A stretch of DNA of 63,794 nt, the filler included. It is 6 parts of 6 records of this genome, joined end to end, with 100 filler letters (N's around TTAATTAATTAA, not from the genome) between each part and the next. Parts side by side here need not be neighbours in the genome. Positions count along the whole stretch, not along the records: positions 1 to 28,133 come from SRR31147125_33536; 5 more parts are not named here. One strand, written 5' to 3'. The notes beneath the pieces are model-generated. The model searched no databases and was not told where the DNA came from. It saw nothing but the letters and a program-made list of their open reading frames with translations. Within the stretch, counting starts at the first letter, position 1. The number at the start of each line of letters is the position of its first letter. Positions 18,170 to 27,084 of this stretch are shown here, one piece after another. The translations under genes were made by a program, and so were the position numbers.

Positions 18170-18382
18170 ACTGCAGTCTCCCTATGTTAATTCTAACAAA
18201 ATTATTCCTGTTTCGCAGTTAACTATACCATACATTTTTGCACCGGGCAATCACGATTAGCGCAAAACGCCCCAACGCTCATACCAGACATTTAAATGCC
18301 GTTTTTTGCCGTTTATAGCACGCATTTTAAGAAAACAAACAGCTAATCCTAAAAGCAAGAAAAATTGAGAAGGTGATGAAAA

Positions 18383-19399
18383 ACGAGCACTAAACATGTC
18401 GGCGCGCAGAGCGTCAGTCTTCCCAATCCGCCGTCCGTCGCCGCCAGCGCCTGCGTTGTCGGCAAAAAAGAAGGCGAGGGCCCGCTTCGCGACAGCTTTG
18501 ATCTCGTCAGCGAGGATTCATATTTCGGTGAAAAAACCTGGGAAAAAGCTGAGAGCACCATGCAGAAAACGGCGCTGAGCAAGGCGCTGGATAAGGCCAG
18601 CCTTCCGCCGTCTTCCATTGAATTTATCTTTGCAGGCGACCTTTTAAATCAATGCATCGGCTCGGCGTTTGGCCTGCGTGAAACGGGCATTCCGTTTTTC
18701 GGCCTATACGGCGCGTGCTCAACAATGGCGGAAAGCCTTGCGCTGGCCGCTATGACGATTGACGGCGGATTTGCCGACCGTGCAGCCGCCGTAACCTCGT
18801 CGCATTACTGCAGCGCGGAGCGCCAGTTTCGCCTGCCGCTGGAATACGGCGGCCAACGCGTGCCGACGGCACAGTGGACTGTGACAGGCTCGGGAGCCGT
18901 GGTTCTCACAAACGACGGGCCCGGACCGTATATCAAGCATATAACAGCCGGCCGGATTGTCGACGCCGGCATTAAAGACGCCAATAACATGGGCGCGGCC
19001 ATGGCTCCGGCGGCGTACAGCACGCTCAGCGCCCATTTTCAGGATTTCGGCCTAAAGCCGTCCGATTATGACCTGATCGTCACAGGTGACTTAGCCGCGC
19101 TCGGCAGCGCCATACTCATTGATTTCTTTAAAAACGACGGCGTGGACCTGTCGCATAATTATAACGACTGCGGCCTGATGATCTATTCCCGCGACGGGCA
19201 GGATGTCCACGCAGGCGGCTCCGGCTGCGGCTGCTCGGCCAGCGTGCTGGCCGGCACCCTGATTCCCGGAATGCGCGAGGGCCGTTGGAAAAAGATTCTC
19301 TTCGCGGCGACCGGCGCGCTCCTGTCCCCCACCTCAACGCTGCAGGGTGAGAGCATCCCCTGCATTTGCACGGCCGTCGCGCTGTCAACAACGAAATAA
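18383..19399 (+). CDS. spoVAD: Stage V sporulation protein AD; conserved N-terminus lacks a canonical start codon
   Basis: GKKEGEGPL..WEKAES in frame upstream of the ORF-track ATG 18560; GDLLNQ, GACSTM, SAERQFR and GGSGCGC motifs; first in-frame codon after the RBS is ACG. Confidence 0.9.
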   Translation, partial: TSTKHVGAQSVSLPNPPSVAASACVVGKKEGEGPLRDSFDLVSEDSYFGEKTWEKAESTMQKTALSKALDKASLPPSSIEFIFAGDLLNQCIGSAFGLRETGIPFFGLYGACSTMAESLALAAMTIDGGFADRAAAVTSSHYCSAERQFRLPLEYGGQRVPTAQWTVTGSGAVVLTNDGPGPYIKHITAGRIVDAGIKDANNMGAAMAPAAYSTLSAHFQDFGLKPSDYDLIVTGDLAALGSAILIDFFKNDGVDLSHNYNDCGLMIYSRDGQDVHAGGSGCGCSASVLAGTLIPGMREGRWKKILFAATGALLSPTSTLQGESIPCICTAVALSTTK

Positions 19400-19413
19400 G
19401 GAAGGGCCAAGCG

Positions 19414-19782
19414 ATGGAAGTATTTTTTGAGTATCTCAAAGCGTTTGCCGTAGGCGGCGCGTTCTGCCTCATTGGTCAGATATTTATTGATAAAACAAAG
19501 CTGACACCTGCCAGAATCCTCACATCCTACGTGGTTGTGGGTGTGATATTAGGCGCTGTCGGCGTATACAAGCCGCTCGTGGAATGGGCCGGCGCCGGCG
19601 CCACGGTACCGCTGACCGGCTTCGGCTATCTGCTGGCAGAGGGCGTTAAAAAAGCCGTTGAGGAAAACGGCGTACTCGGCATTTTTACAGGCGGGTTTAC
19701 CGCCGCGGCCGGCGGTATCGCTGCCGCCGTCTTTTTCGGCTACGTCATCGCGCTGCTGTCAAAGCCGGGCGACAAAAGCTGA
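19414..19782 (+). CDS. spoVAE: Stage V sporulation protein AE
   Basis: AFAVGG..IGQIFIDKTKLTPARIL and GAGATVPLTGFG motifs; follows spoVAD. Confidence 0.92.
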   Translation: MEVFFEYLKAFAVGGAFCLIGQIFIDKTKLTPARILTSYVVVGVILGAVGVYKPLVEWAGAGATVPLTGFGYLLAEGVKKAVEENGVLGIFTGGFTAAAGGIAAAVFFGYVIALLSKPGDKS

Positions 19783-19849
19783 AAACAAAACATAATTACA
19801 GGGTCTTTTTTCCTGTATGGTTTTCCGGCTTTAGTTAAAACAAGAGGAC

Positions 19850-19990
19850 GTCGCTCCGCGGGGTAACTTTCTGCCCCGCCAGAAAGTTACCAAAGAGCGG
19901 CCAAAGGAGAGGGATTTCGATTTCCCTCTCCTTTGTAATCCTCACCTTAAAACGACCATGAGGGGCTTCGGCCCCCCGTTGGATTCCCCC
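19850..19990. repeat. Multi-hairpin intergenic element (MITE or ncRNA-like)
   Basis: 12-bp stem GGTAACTTTCTG/CAGAAAGTTACC, 13-bp stem CAAAGGAGAGGGA/TCCCTCTCCTTTG, and GGGGC-TTCG-GCCCC. Confidence 0.6.
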
Positions 19991-20149
19991 AAAAGACGAT
20001 AAACGAGAGACCGGGGTTTAAAAGGTTATTGCTGGTATGGGTACAGTCCTGTTCCTTTATCGGGCAATGGAAGATAATTGAAATCAACGAAGCCGCTCCC
20101 GAGCATATCGAACGCTCCGGGCGGCCTGTCTTTTATTATATTGCGGCGC

Positions 20150-21421
20150 TTATTCTGCCTTTGGGGTGTGCACAAATTTAATCTTATTGTCGACGGCGTA
20201 CTGCTCGGCTAAAGAGCCTTCCTTAACGCCGAGGGTCATGCCGCGCCGGTGATAAAAGGCAGCGTCGCCGATTTTCGAGACCTTGTCGGGTACGTCGATC
20301 CGGTCGAGCCGGATGCAGTCGTAAAAAGCGCTCTCCCCGATCTTACTGACGTTTTCCCCCATCTCAACGCTCTGCAGGTGCTCGCCCATACGGAAAGCCC
20401 AGTCATCAATATCGACTACGTTTTTGCCAATCACGACGGTTTCAAGATACTTGCAGCCATAAAAACAGTCGTTGCCGATACGGAGCGTTTCGTTGGGAAT
20501 GACGACTTTTTTGATATTAATGCAGTTTCTGAAAGCGCCCATGCCGATTGAGATGACGCTTTCGGGTATCTCTATCGCCTCAAGTTCCGTTAAGAAGGCA
20601 AACGCATAGTTGCCGATATACTTAAGGCCGGGCGGCAGCTTCATTTCACGCACGTACGTGCAGCCGCGAAAAGCACCATGATAGATCGTCGTGACCGTAT
20701 CAGGAATGGTAATACTGGTAAACTTGACACGCCAGGCCATCGCAAAGCAGTCAAACCCGATGTGCGTGACGGGCAGGCCGTCAATCTCGGCAGGGATATC
20801 CACGCTGCGCTTGAGGCCGATGTATTTAACGAGCTCGATATGGTCGTCATAAACGTTGTAGATATAATCGGTATTTTTTCGGGAGGTGCTGACCTCGGTC
20901 GCAACGCCTGTCTGCGTGCGCTCGTAATACGGATCATGAGCCTTAAGATTCATGCGGCCGCGACGTAGATAAGCAATATCGTTTAAAACAATCGTAACCG
21001 GGCCGTCCTCCCCGTCCAGCACGGAAGATTTATCAATGTCGATCTGCTGTGTTTTCAGCTCCTCCGACGCCATTTCAAGAAGCGATGCGTACTCGTCCGC
21101 CAGGTTGGAAAAATCCTTGACGGCGCTTTGCATATGCTCAAGCTCCTCAATAAAGGACGTCTGAATATCGTTTGTCCACAGCTCCTGAAGCTCCTTGGAC
21201 AGATAATTCATTTTTTTAACGTAATAATCGTGCTGACTGCGAATTGCGCGCATTTCAAGCGCCTTTTCCTTTAGGATTGCCGGCGTTACCTGCGGCTTTT
21301 GCGTTTCATAGGGGTTTTTCATGCCGAATTTCATCAGCAGCCGGATGACAAAAAAACGAAACCGGTTGTCTGTCTCGCCCATCCGGAAACCAGCCATACC
21401 GCTCATCCAATTATCAGGCAA
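20150..21421 (-). CDS. WXG100-like helical hairpin fused to BspA-type (LRR_5) leucine-rich repeats, 423 aa
   Basis: TTG start after AAAGGAG; VTP..LQELWTN..F..helical segment; about seven IPxxVxxIGxxAFxxC repeats. Confidence 0.75.
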   Translation of the reverse strand: MPDNWMSGMAGFRMGETDNRFRFFVIRLLMKFGMKNPYETQKPQVTPAILKEKALEMRAIRSQHDYYVKKMNYLSKELQELWTNDIQTSFIEELEHMQSAVKDFSNLADEYASLLEMASEELKTQQIDIDKSSVLDGEDGPVTIVLNDIAYLRRGRMNLKAHDPYYERTQTGVATEVSTSRKNTDYIYNVYDDHIELVKYIGLKRSVDIPAEIDGLPVTHIGFDCFAMAWRVKFTSITIPDTVTTIYHGAFRGCTYVREMKLPPGLKYIGNYAFAFLTELEAIEIPESVISIGMGAFRNCINIKKVVIPNETLRIGNDCFYGCKYLETVVIGKNVVDIDDWAFRMGEHLQSVEMGENVSKIGESAFYDCIRLDRIDVPDKVSKIGDAAFYHRRGMTLGVKEGSLAEQYAVDNKIKFVHTPKAE

Positions 21422-21582
21422 AATTTCATCTCCTTTCCCACGGCCAAACGGAACAATAGTACCGGTTGACCAATCGGACCCTGCCGAATCGGGTATTAAT
21501 TTATTACTTATAACTATAAGATGCCGGCGTATGTTCGTCAATACTTTTTAAGCTGCCCGGCGGGAATGAAAAGGAATACCAG

Positions 21583-21613
21583 AAAAAGGCCGCCGGAGCA
21601 TATGCTCCGGCGG
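21583..21613 (-). terminator. Terminator of the clpC operon
   Basis: Perfect palindrome CCGCCGGAGCAT/ATGCTCCGGCGG with a T5 run on the minus strand. Confidence 0.7.
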
Positions 21614-21633
21614 TCCTGAATCTATTTACTATT

Positions 21634-24126
21634 TCATACGCCGGCTGTCTGCTCGGCCGGTTTGGCGGCTTCTTCGGTTTGATCATCTTTCAGCTCAATT
21701 TTGCCGTCTTCGCCTGTGACAATCACCTTATCGCCGCTTTTAATGCTGCCGTCGAGAATCTTCTCGGCGATGGCATCCTCCACAGCGTTCTGGATGGCCC
21801 GGCGCAGCGGCCGCGCTCCATACACGGGGTCAAAGCCCTTGTCGCTTAAGATGTCGATGGCCTTATCGTCTGCCGACACGGCGATGCCCATGGCCCGCAC
21901 GCGGTCCATAACCGTCTCAAGCATCTTGGCGCTGATGTCCCGGATGTTCTCACGGCTGAGCTGATGGAAAACAATGGTTTCGTCCACGCGGTTCAAGAAT
22001 TCCGGCTTAAACATGCGCTTGAGTTCGTCCATGACGGCGCTTTTAATATTCTCAAATTTCGACGCTTCCTCATCGGCGGCAGCCATGGCAAAGCCAAGTT
22101 TTTTCTGCTTGTCGGTGATATTGCGCGCGCCGACGTTAGACGTCATGACGATGATGGTGTTTTTAAAGTCAACCCGTCTGCCCTGCGCATCCGTGAGGAT
22201 GCCGTCTTCCATGATCTGCAGCAGGATATTGAAAACGTCCTCATGCGCCTTTTCAATCTCGTCAAACAGGAGCACGGAGTACGGACGGCGGCGGACCTTC
22301 TCCGTCAGCTGGCCGCCCTCGTCGTAGCCGACGTAACCCGGCGGCGAGCCGATGAGCTTACTGACAGTGTGCCGCTCCATGTATTCCGACATATCCACAC
22401 GTAGCATCGCGTTCTCATCGCCGAACATCGCCTCGGCCAGAGCCTTGCACAGCTCCGTTTTACCGACGCCTGTCGGCCCCAGGAACAGGAAGCTGCCGAT
22501 GGGCCGCTTGGGATCCTTAAGCCCGACTCTGCCGCGCCGCAACGCCTTGGCCACGGCCGACACGGCGTCGTCCTGGCCGACAACCCGCTCATGCAGGACT
22601 TTTTCCATGTTGAGAAGGCGCTCGCTTTCGTCCTGCGTAATGCTGGTGACGGGGATTCCCGTCCATCCGGACACAACGGCGGCGATGTCCTCCGGGCCGA
22701 CGCTTTCGCGGTCGCCCGTGCGGATGTCTTCCCAATTCTTGCGCGCTGTTTCAATCTCCTCGTCGAGCTGACGCTCACGGTCACGGATACCGGCGGCGCG
22801 CTCGAAGTCCTGGCTTTTAACAGCCGCTTCCTTTTCGTTAGCCAGCGCTTCCTTTTTCGCCTCAAGCTCCTTAAGGTTCGGCGGCGTTTTCAGGTTTTCC
22901 ATGCGCACGCGGCTGGATGCCTCGTCGATGAGATCGATAGCTTTGTCGGGGAGATACCGGTCGTTAATATAACGGCTGGACATCTGGACGGCTGCCTCAA
23001 TCGCCTCGTCGGTGATTTTCAGCTTATGGTGCGCCTCGTATTTATCGCGCAACCCCTTGAGGATCAAAACAGATTCTTCCTCGGTCGGCTCGCTGACCGT
23101 CACGGGCTGGAACCGCCGCTCCAGCGCGGCGTCCTTTTCTACATGCTTGCGGTATTCGTTGAGCGTAGTCGCGCCGATAACCTGAATCTCGCCGCGCCCC
23201 AGAGCGGGCTTGATGATGTTGGCCGCGTCAATCGCGCCCTCCGCCGCGCCTGCACCGATGATCGTGTGCAGCTCGTCAATAAACAGGACAACGTCCGTAG
23301 CCTTGACGACCTCGTCAATGGCGGTCTTTATGCGTTCTTCAAAATCACCACGGTATTTCGTACCGGCCACCATACCCGACAGGTCAAGCGAGACGACGCG
23401 CTTGTCTTTAAGCGTTTCGGGCACGTCGCCCATAACAATGCGCTGTGCCAGACCCTCGGCAATGGCCGTCTTGCCGACGCCCGGTTCACCGATGAGCACC
23501 GGATTGTTCTTTGTCCGGCGCGACAGAATCTGGATAACACGCTGGATTTCCCGCTCCCGTCCGATCACCGGATCGAGTGAACCGTCACGCGCCATGTCGG
23601 TCAGATCCCGCGAGAACTGATCAAGCGTCTTTGTCTCTGATTTTTTAACTTTTCCAACCGCTGTTGTCTGGCGCGGCCTGTATTCGCTGCTGCCGAAGAT
23701 GTTGATGATCTCCGTATAAAGCTTGTTGAGGTCGACGCCTGTTGATATAATGAGCTTGGCGGCAACGCTGTCGTATTCACGGAGAATTCCCATGAGGAGA
23801 TGCTCCGTACCGATATAGTTGTGTCCGAGCCTGTTGGCCTCGGTGACGGCCAGCTCAATCACGCGCTTGGCACGCGGCGTCAGCCCCTGGGGCGGAATTT
23901 CTCCCTGGCCTCCCCGACCGATATTCTTTTCTATTAAATCCAGAATCAGACGGCTTTCCAGCCCCGACTCGCGCAGCACCTTTGAGGCCACGCCGCCGCC
24001 TTCGCGCGCCAGGCCCAGAAGAATATGCTCACTGCCGACATAGCTGTGTCCAAGCTCGGCCGCAGCGCTTTGCGCAAGGTCCAGGACGCTTTTAGCCCGT
24101 TCTGTAAATCTGTCTTCAAAACGCAT
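21634..24126 (-). CDS. clpC: ATP-dependent Clp protease ATPase subunit ClpC
   Basis: Two Clp-N repeats, [11 protein letters not shown] middle domain, GPTGVGKT and LGF ClpP-binding loop. Confidence 0.97.
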   Translation of the reverse strand: MRFEDRFTERAKSVLDLAQSAAAELGHSYVGSEHILLGLAREGGGVASKVLRESGLESRLILDLIEKNIGRGGQGEIPPQGLTPRAKRVIELAVTEANRLGHNYIGTEHLLMGILREYDSVAAKLIISTGVDLNKLYTEIINIFGSSEYRPRQTTAVGKVKKSETKTLDQFSRDLTDMARDGSLDPVIGREREIQRVIQILSRRTKNNPVLIGEPGVGKTAIAEGLAQRIVMGDVPETLKDKRVVSLDLSGMVAGTKYRGDFEERIKTAIDEVVKATDVVLFIDELHTIIGAGAAEGAIDAANIIKPALGRGEIQVIGATTLNEYRKHVEKDAALERRFQPVTVSEPTEEESVLILKGLRDKYEAHHKLKITDEAIEAAVQMSSRYINDRYLPDKAIDLIDEASSRVRMENLKTPPNLKELEAKKEALANEKEAAVKSQDFERAAGIRDRERQLDEEIETARKNWEDIRTGDRESVGPEDIAAVVSGWTGIPVTSITQDESERLLNMEKVLHERVVGQDDAVSAVAKALRRGRVGLKDPKRPIGSFLFLGPTGVGKTELCKALAEAMFGDENAMLRVDMSEYMERHTVSKLIGSPPGYVGYDEGGQLTEKVRRRPYSVLLFDEIEKAHEDVFNILLQIMEDGILTDAQGRRVDFKNTIIVMTSNVGARNITDKQKKLGFAMAAADEEASKFENIKSAVMDELKRMFKPEFLNRVDETIVFHQLSRENIRDISAKMLETVMDRVRAMGIAVSADDKAIDILSDKGFDPVYGARPLRRAIQNAVEDAIAEKILDGSIKSGDKVIVTGEDGKIELKDDQTEEAAKPAEQTAGV

Positions 24127-24232
24127 AGTTATCTTCCGTTCTCCGGCGGCGTATTTTAAGTATCCCCTGCCATGGCCCGCCGGTGATATGGCAAGTTATT
24201 TTCAGTGCAAGCATCTAGCTTACATTAAGGCT

Positions 24233-24255
24233 GTAGGCCGGTTTTAACGCCGGCC
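24233..24255 (+). repeat. GTAG-type REP-like palindrome
   Basis: GTAGGCCGG-TTTTAACG-CCGGCC. Confidence 0.4.
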
Positions 24256-24294
24256 TCAGCTTCCCATCTGCAACTTTGTGTCTTTCCGTTTCGC

Positions 24295-24774
24295 TTATGA
24301 GTTTACCCCGTTTTCAAGCTTTTTAATAGCGTCGCGCAGCTCGGCTGCCTTTTCAAAATCTTCAGCTTCCGCCGCCTGACGCATTTGCTCGCGCATCACA
24401 TTGATTTCGCGGCGCTTTTTCATTTCTTCGTCAACGTCCGGTTTAACGAGAGCCGTCTCCGGCCTCGGTTCAAGCGCCTGTGCCGGCTTGTCGCCGGGCA
24501 TCAGGACACCGACCGTTGGAATGATAAACGTCGGGAAAACCAGCCCGTATCCGGCAAGCATCCGCCGGTTGGGTGTAAAGCCAAAGAGCTCGGCAAATAT
24601 TTCCTCAAAAGACTTCTCCGCTTCGTCCGGACTGTCTGCACCCGCTTCAAGCTTTTTGTCAAACCCGAGCTTGACGGCGCAGTCGGCACACAAGTGCTTT
24701 TCCGTTATGTTCCCGTTGATATTTGATGTATAGTGAAAGCTCACTTCTTCTTTGCCGCAGTTTTCACACTTCAT
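24295..24774 (-). CDS. mcsA: McsA-like protein (one Zn finger plus UVR domain)
   Basis: CENC...HLCADC; C-terminal EDFEKAAELRDAIK UVR motif; lies between ctsR and clpC. Confidence 0.8.
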   Translation of the reverse strand: MKCENCGKEEVSFHYTSNINGNITEKHLCADCAVKLGFDKKLEAGADSPDEAEKSFEEIFAELFGFTPNRRMLAGYGLVFPTFIIPTVGVLMPGDKPAQALEPRPETALVKPDVDEEMKKRREINVMREQMRQAAEAEDFEKAAELRDAIKKLENGVNS

Positions 24775-24813
24775 GGCTCATTCTCCTTCCCTAGGATATA
24801 TATGGTACCCAAC

Positions 24814-25263
24814 TTATAATATGTTGATAAGCATCTGCTTGTAAATGCTGGCACGGACCATATCGCGCTCCCGCACCGGCACAGGCCTCAAAGAGGCGTT
24901 GCCAATGGCCGCTAAAATCAGTTGTGCCTCGTTTTTTCCAATCGCGCCGCTCTGGAGCAGATTGGTTGTCAGCGCTGTCGCTGAATTGAGGTCGATTTCA
25001 TCACCAACCGTATTGACGGTGTGCATAATAAGACTTTTAGGCTCCATGCTCACACGCGTAATTCGGATAAATCCGCCGCCGCCGCGCCGGCTTTCCACTA
25101 TGTAGCCGTGCTCCGGCGAAAAGCGCGTCGATATCACGTAATTAATTTGACTGGGCACACACTTAAATCTGTTTGCCAGCTCCGATCGCTGCAGCTCCGC
25201 GCAGCCATCGGCATCGTCCAGTATATCTTGAATAAATCCGGCAATGAGATCACTCATTCCCAT
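24814..25263 (-). CDS. ctsR: Class III stress gene repressor CtsR
   Basis: CVPSQINYVISTRF and ESRRGGGGFIRI motifs. Confidence 0.96.
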   Translation of the reverse strand: MGMSDLIAGFIQDILDDADGCAELQRSELANRFKCVPSQINYVISTRFSPEHGYIVESRRGGGGFIRITRVSMEPKSLIMHTVNTVGDEIDLNSATALTTNLLQSGAIGKNEAQLILAAIGNASLRPVPVRERDMVRASIYKQMLINIL

Positions 25264-25288
25264 AACAGCATCACCACGCTTGTCTGAC

Positions 25289-25305
25289 TTTGACTATCTT
25301 TGACC
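25289..25305 (-). promoter_or_regulatory. CtsR operator
   Basis: GGTCAAA-GAT-AGTCAAA matches the RGTCAAA-NAN-RGTCAAA heptad repeat. Confidence 0.9.
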
Positions 25306-25314
25306 ATTGACGTA

Positions 25315-25343
25315 ATAATACATTGTATTGACCCAAACGGCAA
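25315..25343 (-). promoter_or_regulatory. Sigma-A promoter of the ctsR operon
   Basis: TTGCCG-17 nt-TATTAT directly upstream of the CtsR box. Confidence 0.7.
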
Positions 25344-25389
25344 CTGCCTCTATACGCCGTTTACGGCTATGGCGGGCGTATAAACCCGT

Positions 25390-25584
25390 TTATGACGGTC
25401 TGGCTTCCTCTTTCGCATGATTCTGGACGTTTTGAACACCCAGCATTGTAGGTGCGCTTGTATTATCAGCCCTAGCCTCCGCAACGGCGCCATTGGTCAG
25501 AAAACGGCGTTCGTGCTCGGCCGAAGCCGGTCCACTGTCCAGTCCGGGAAAATCGCCCCGTTTATCGGATCGTTCATTTTTCAT
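25390..25584 (-). CDS. Small hydrophilic hypothetical protein, 64 aa
   Basis: Strong RBS AGGAGGT before ATG 25584; followed by a TATACGCC/GGCGTATA hairpin. Confidence 0.55.
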   Translation of the reverse strand: MKNERSDKRGDFPGLDSGPASAEHERRFLTNGAVAEARADNTSAPTMLGVQNVQNHAKEEARPS

Positions 25585-25838
25585 ATTACAGACCTCCTGT
25601 GAGTATAAACGCAAATGCTCATAAAGACTTTGTCCGCTGCAGCTCGCCCGTCGTCCGGTTATCGCCGGATTAACGGGGTACGCCCGCCCCTGGCTGCATG
25701 TTTTAAAGCCGTTATGGCGGCCTTTACAGATTTAGTATGTGCAATATACTATTGATTTTTCATTTATACGTGGTAAAATACAAATGATTTTGTCCGCGTT
25801 TTAAACCGTGCGGTACATATTATTGGAGGTAACTATAT

Positions 25839-26009
25839 ATGGCATACAAGATCAGCAGCGAATGCATATCCTGCGGAGCCTGCGCTCCCAACTGTCCCGT
25901 CGAGGCCATTGAACAGGGCGCCGATCAGTATCAGATCGATCCCGAAAAATGCATCGATTGCGGCGCATGCGCCGACTCCTGCCCTGTGGAGGCTATTTCC
26001 CAGGCGTAG
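25839..26009 (+). CDS. fdx: 2[4Fe-4S] clostridial ferredoxin, 56 aa (absent from the ORF track)
   Basis: Translates [24 protein letters not shown]...[28 protein letters not shown]. Confidence 0.96.
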   Translation: MAYKISSECISCGACAPNCPVEAIEQGADQYQIDPEKCIDCGACADSCPVEAISQA

Positions 26010-26159
26010 GCATACCGTTGAAGAAAATGCCGCCATTTATGGAAAGCGCCGACGCAATCGTGTCAGCGGACAATTTCGTAAACGGCGGTGTTTTTTTATT
26101 GAGCCGTTTATCAGCTTGCGTGATGAGCGTATAAAATCTATTCACCATGCCATCACAAC

Positions 26160-26184
26160 GGGCGGATTTGGAATCCGCCCCTAC
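26160..26184 (-). repeat. GTAG-type REP palindrome
   Basis: GTAGGGGCGGATTCCAAATCCGCCC, one mismatch from the copy at 7790. Confidence 0.8.
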
Positions 26185-26255
26185 GCAGCTATTCCGTCGG
26201 ATGCGAATAGAGCCAGCAAGCGCAGGTGAGACTTACACTATAAAAGGTATACGAC

Positions 26256-26969
26256 ATGATAACGGATGAATTATGGCCGGACGGCCCAAAGTTCATACGA
26301 GGGGACGACACGTTCCGTCTCGGCACGGACAGCGTACTGCTGGCTGATTTCGCCGCCGGTCACATTCGGCGCGCGTGCGACCTGGGCTGTGGAGCGGGCA
26401 TTATCGGCTTAATTATGGCATGGAATAATCCGTCTTTAGCTGTCGACGGCGTTGAGCTTTTGCCGGCCTGGGCAGATACGGCGAGCGAAAATGCCGCGAT
26501 TAACGGTCTGGATACCCGGGTCCGGATTATGTGCGGCGATCTACGGGAGCATCGCAGCTTTCTGGAGGCCGGCGCGTACGACCTCGTCGTGGCCAATCCG
26601 CCTTACTACCCCGCGGGCAGCGGTAAACTGCCGCAAAACGCGCCGATCGTTACAGCGCGCTCGGAACAGACCTGCACGCTGGCCGACGTTTGCGCTGCCG
26701 CGCGTTACTTAACACGTTGGGGCGGGCGTTTCGCACTCGTTCACAAGCCGGAGCGGCTTGCGGAAATCATACGCGAGCTGTCCGCAAACGATCTTGAACC
26801 GAAGCGCCTGCGCTTTGTCCAGTTTCGGGCAAATTCCGCGCCAAACCTTGTCTTGATTGAAAGCCGGCGGGGCGGCAATCCGTCCGTCACCGTTGAGCCG
26901 CCGCTCATCCTGACCGATAAAAACGGGCATGACACGGAAGAGGTTAAGCGGATTTATCATCGGGATTAA
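26256..26969 (+). CDS. tRNA1(Val) adenine(37)-N6 methyltransferase (YabB/TrmN6 family)
   Basis: GTDSVLLA, DLGCGAG and ANPPY motifs; upstream of rsmI. Confidence 0.88.
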   Translation: MITDELWPDGPKFIRGDDTFRLGTDSVLLADFAAGHIRRACDLGCGAGIIGLIMAWNNPSLAVDGVELLPAWADTASENAAINGLDTRVRIMCGDLREHRSFLEAGAYDLVVANPPYYPAGSGKLPQNAPIVTARSEQTCTLADVCAAARYLTRWGGRFALVHKPERLAEIIRELSANDLEPKRLRFVQFRANSAPNLVLIESRRGGNPSVTVEPPLILTDKNGHDTEEVKRIYHRD

Positions 26970-26981
26970 GCGAAACAGCAG

Positions 26982-27008
26982 CGGCCCGATGAGGACATCG
27001 GGCCCTAC
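26982..27008 (-). repeat. GTAG-type REP palindrome
   Basis: GTAGGGCCCGATGTCCTCATCGGGCCG. Confidence 0.7.
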
Positions 27009-27084
27009 AACACGACAACAGACATTTTATAGGGAATGATCCTTATGTCGTTCCGATAGCATAAAAAAGATAAAGAGGTGACAT

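Noticed and set aside
21422-21541. Extra N-terminal 40 aa on the WXG100-LRR ORF
   Set aside because: The best RBS (AAAGGAG) sits just before TTG 21421
8984-23620. Long antisense ORFs (8984-9916, 11027-11818, 16131-16916, 22591-23580)
   Set aside because: Shadow frames of well-supported genes in GC-rich DNA, with no recognisable motifs
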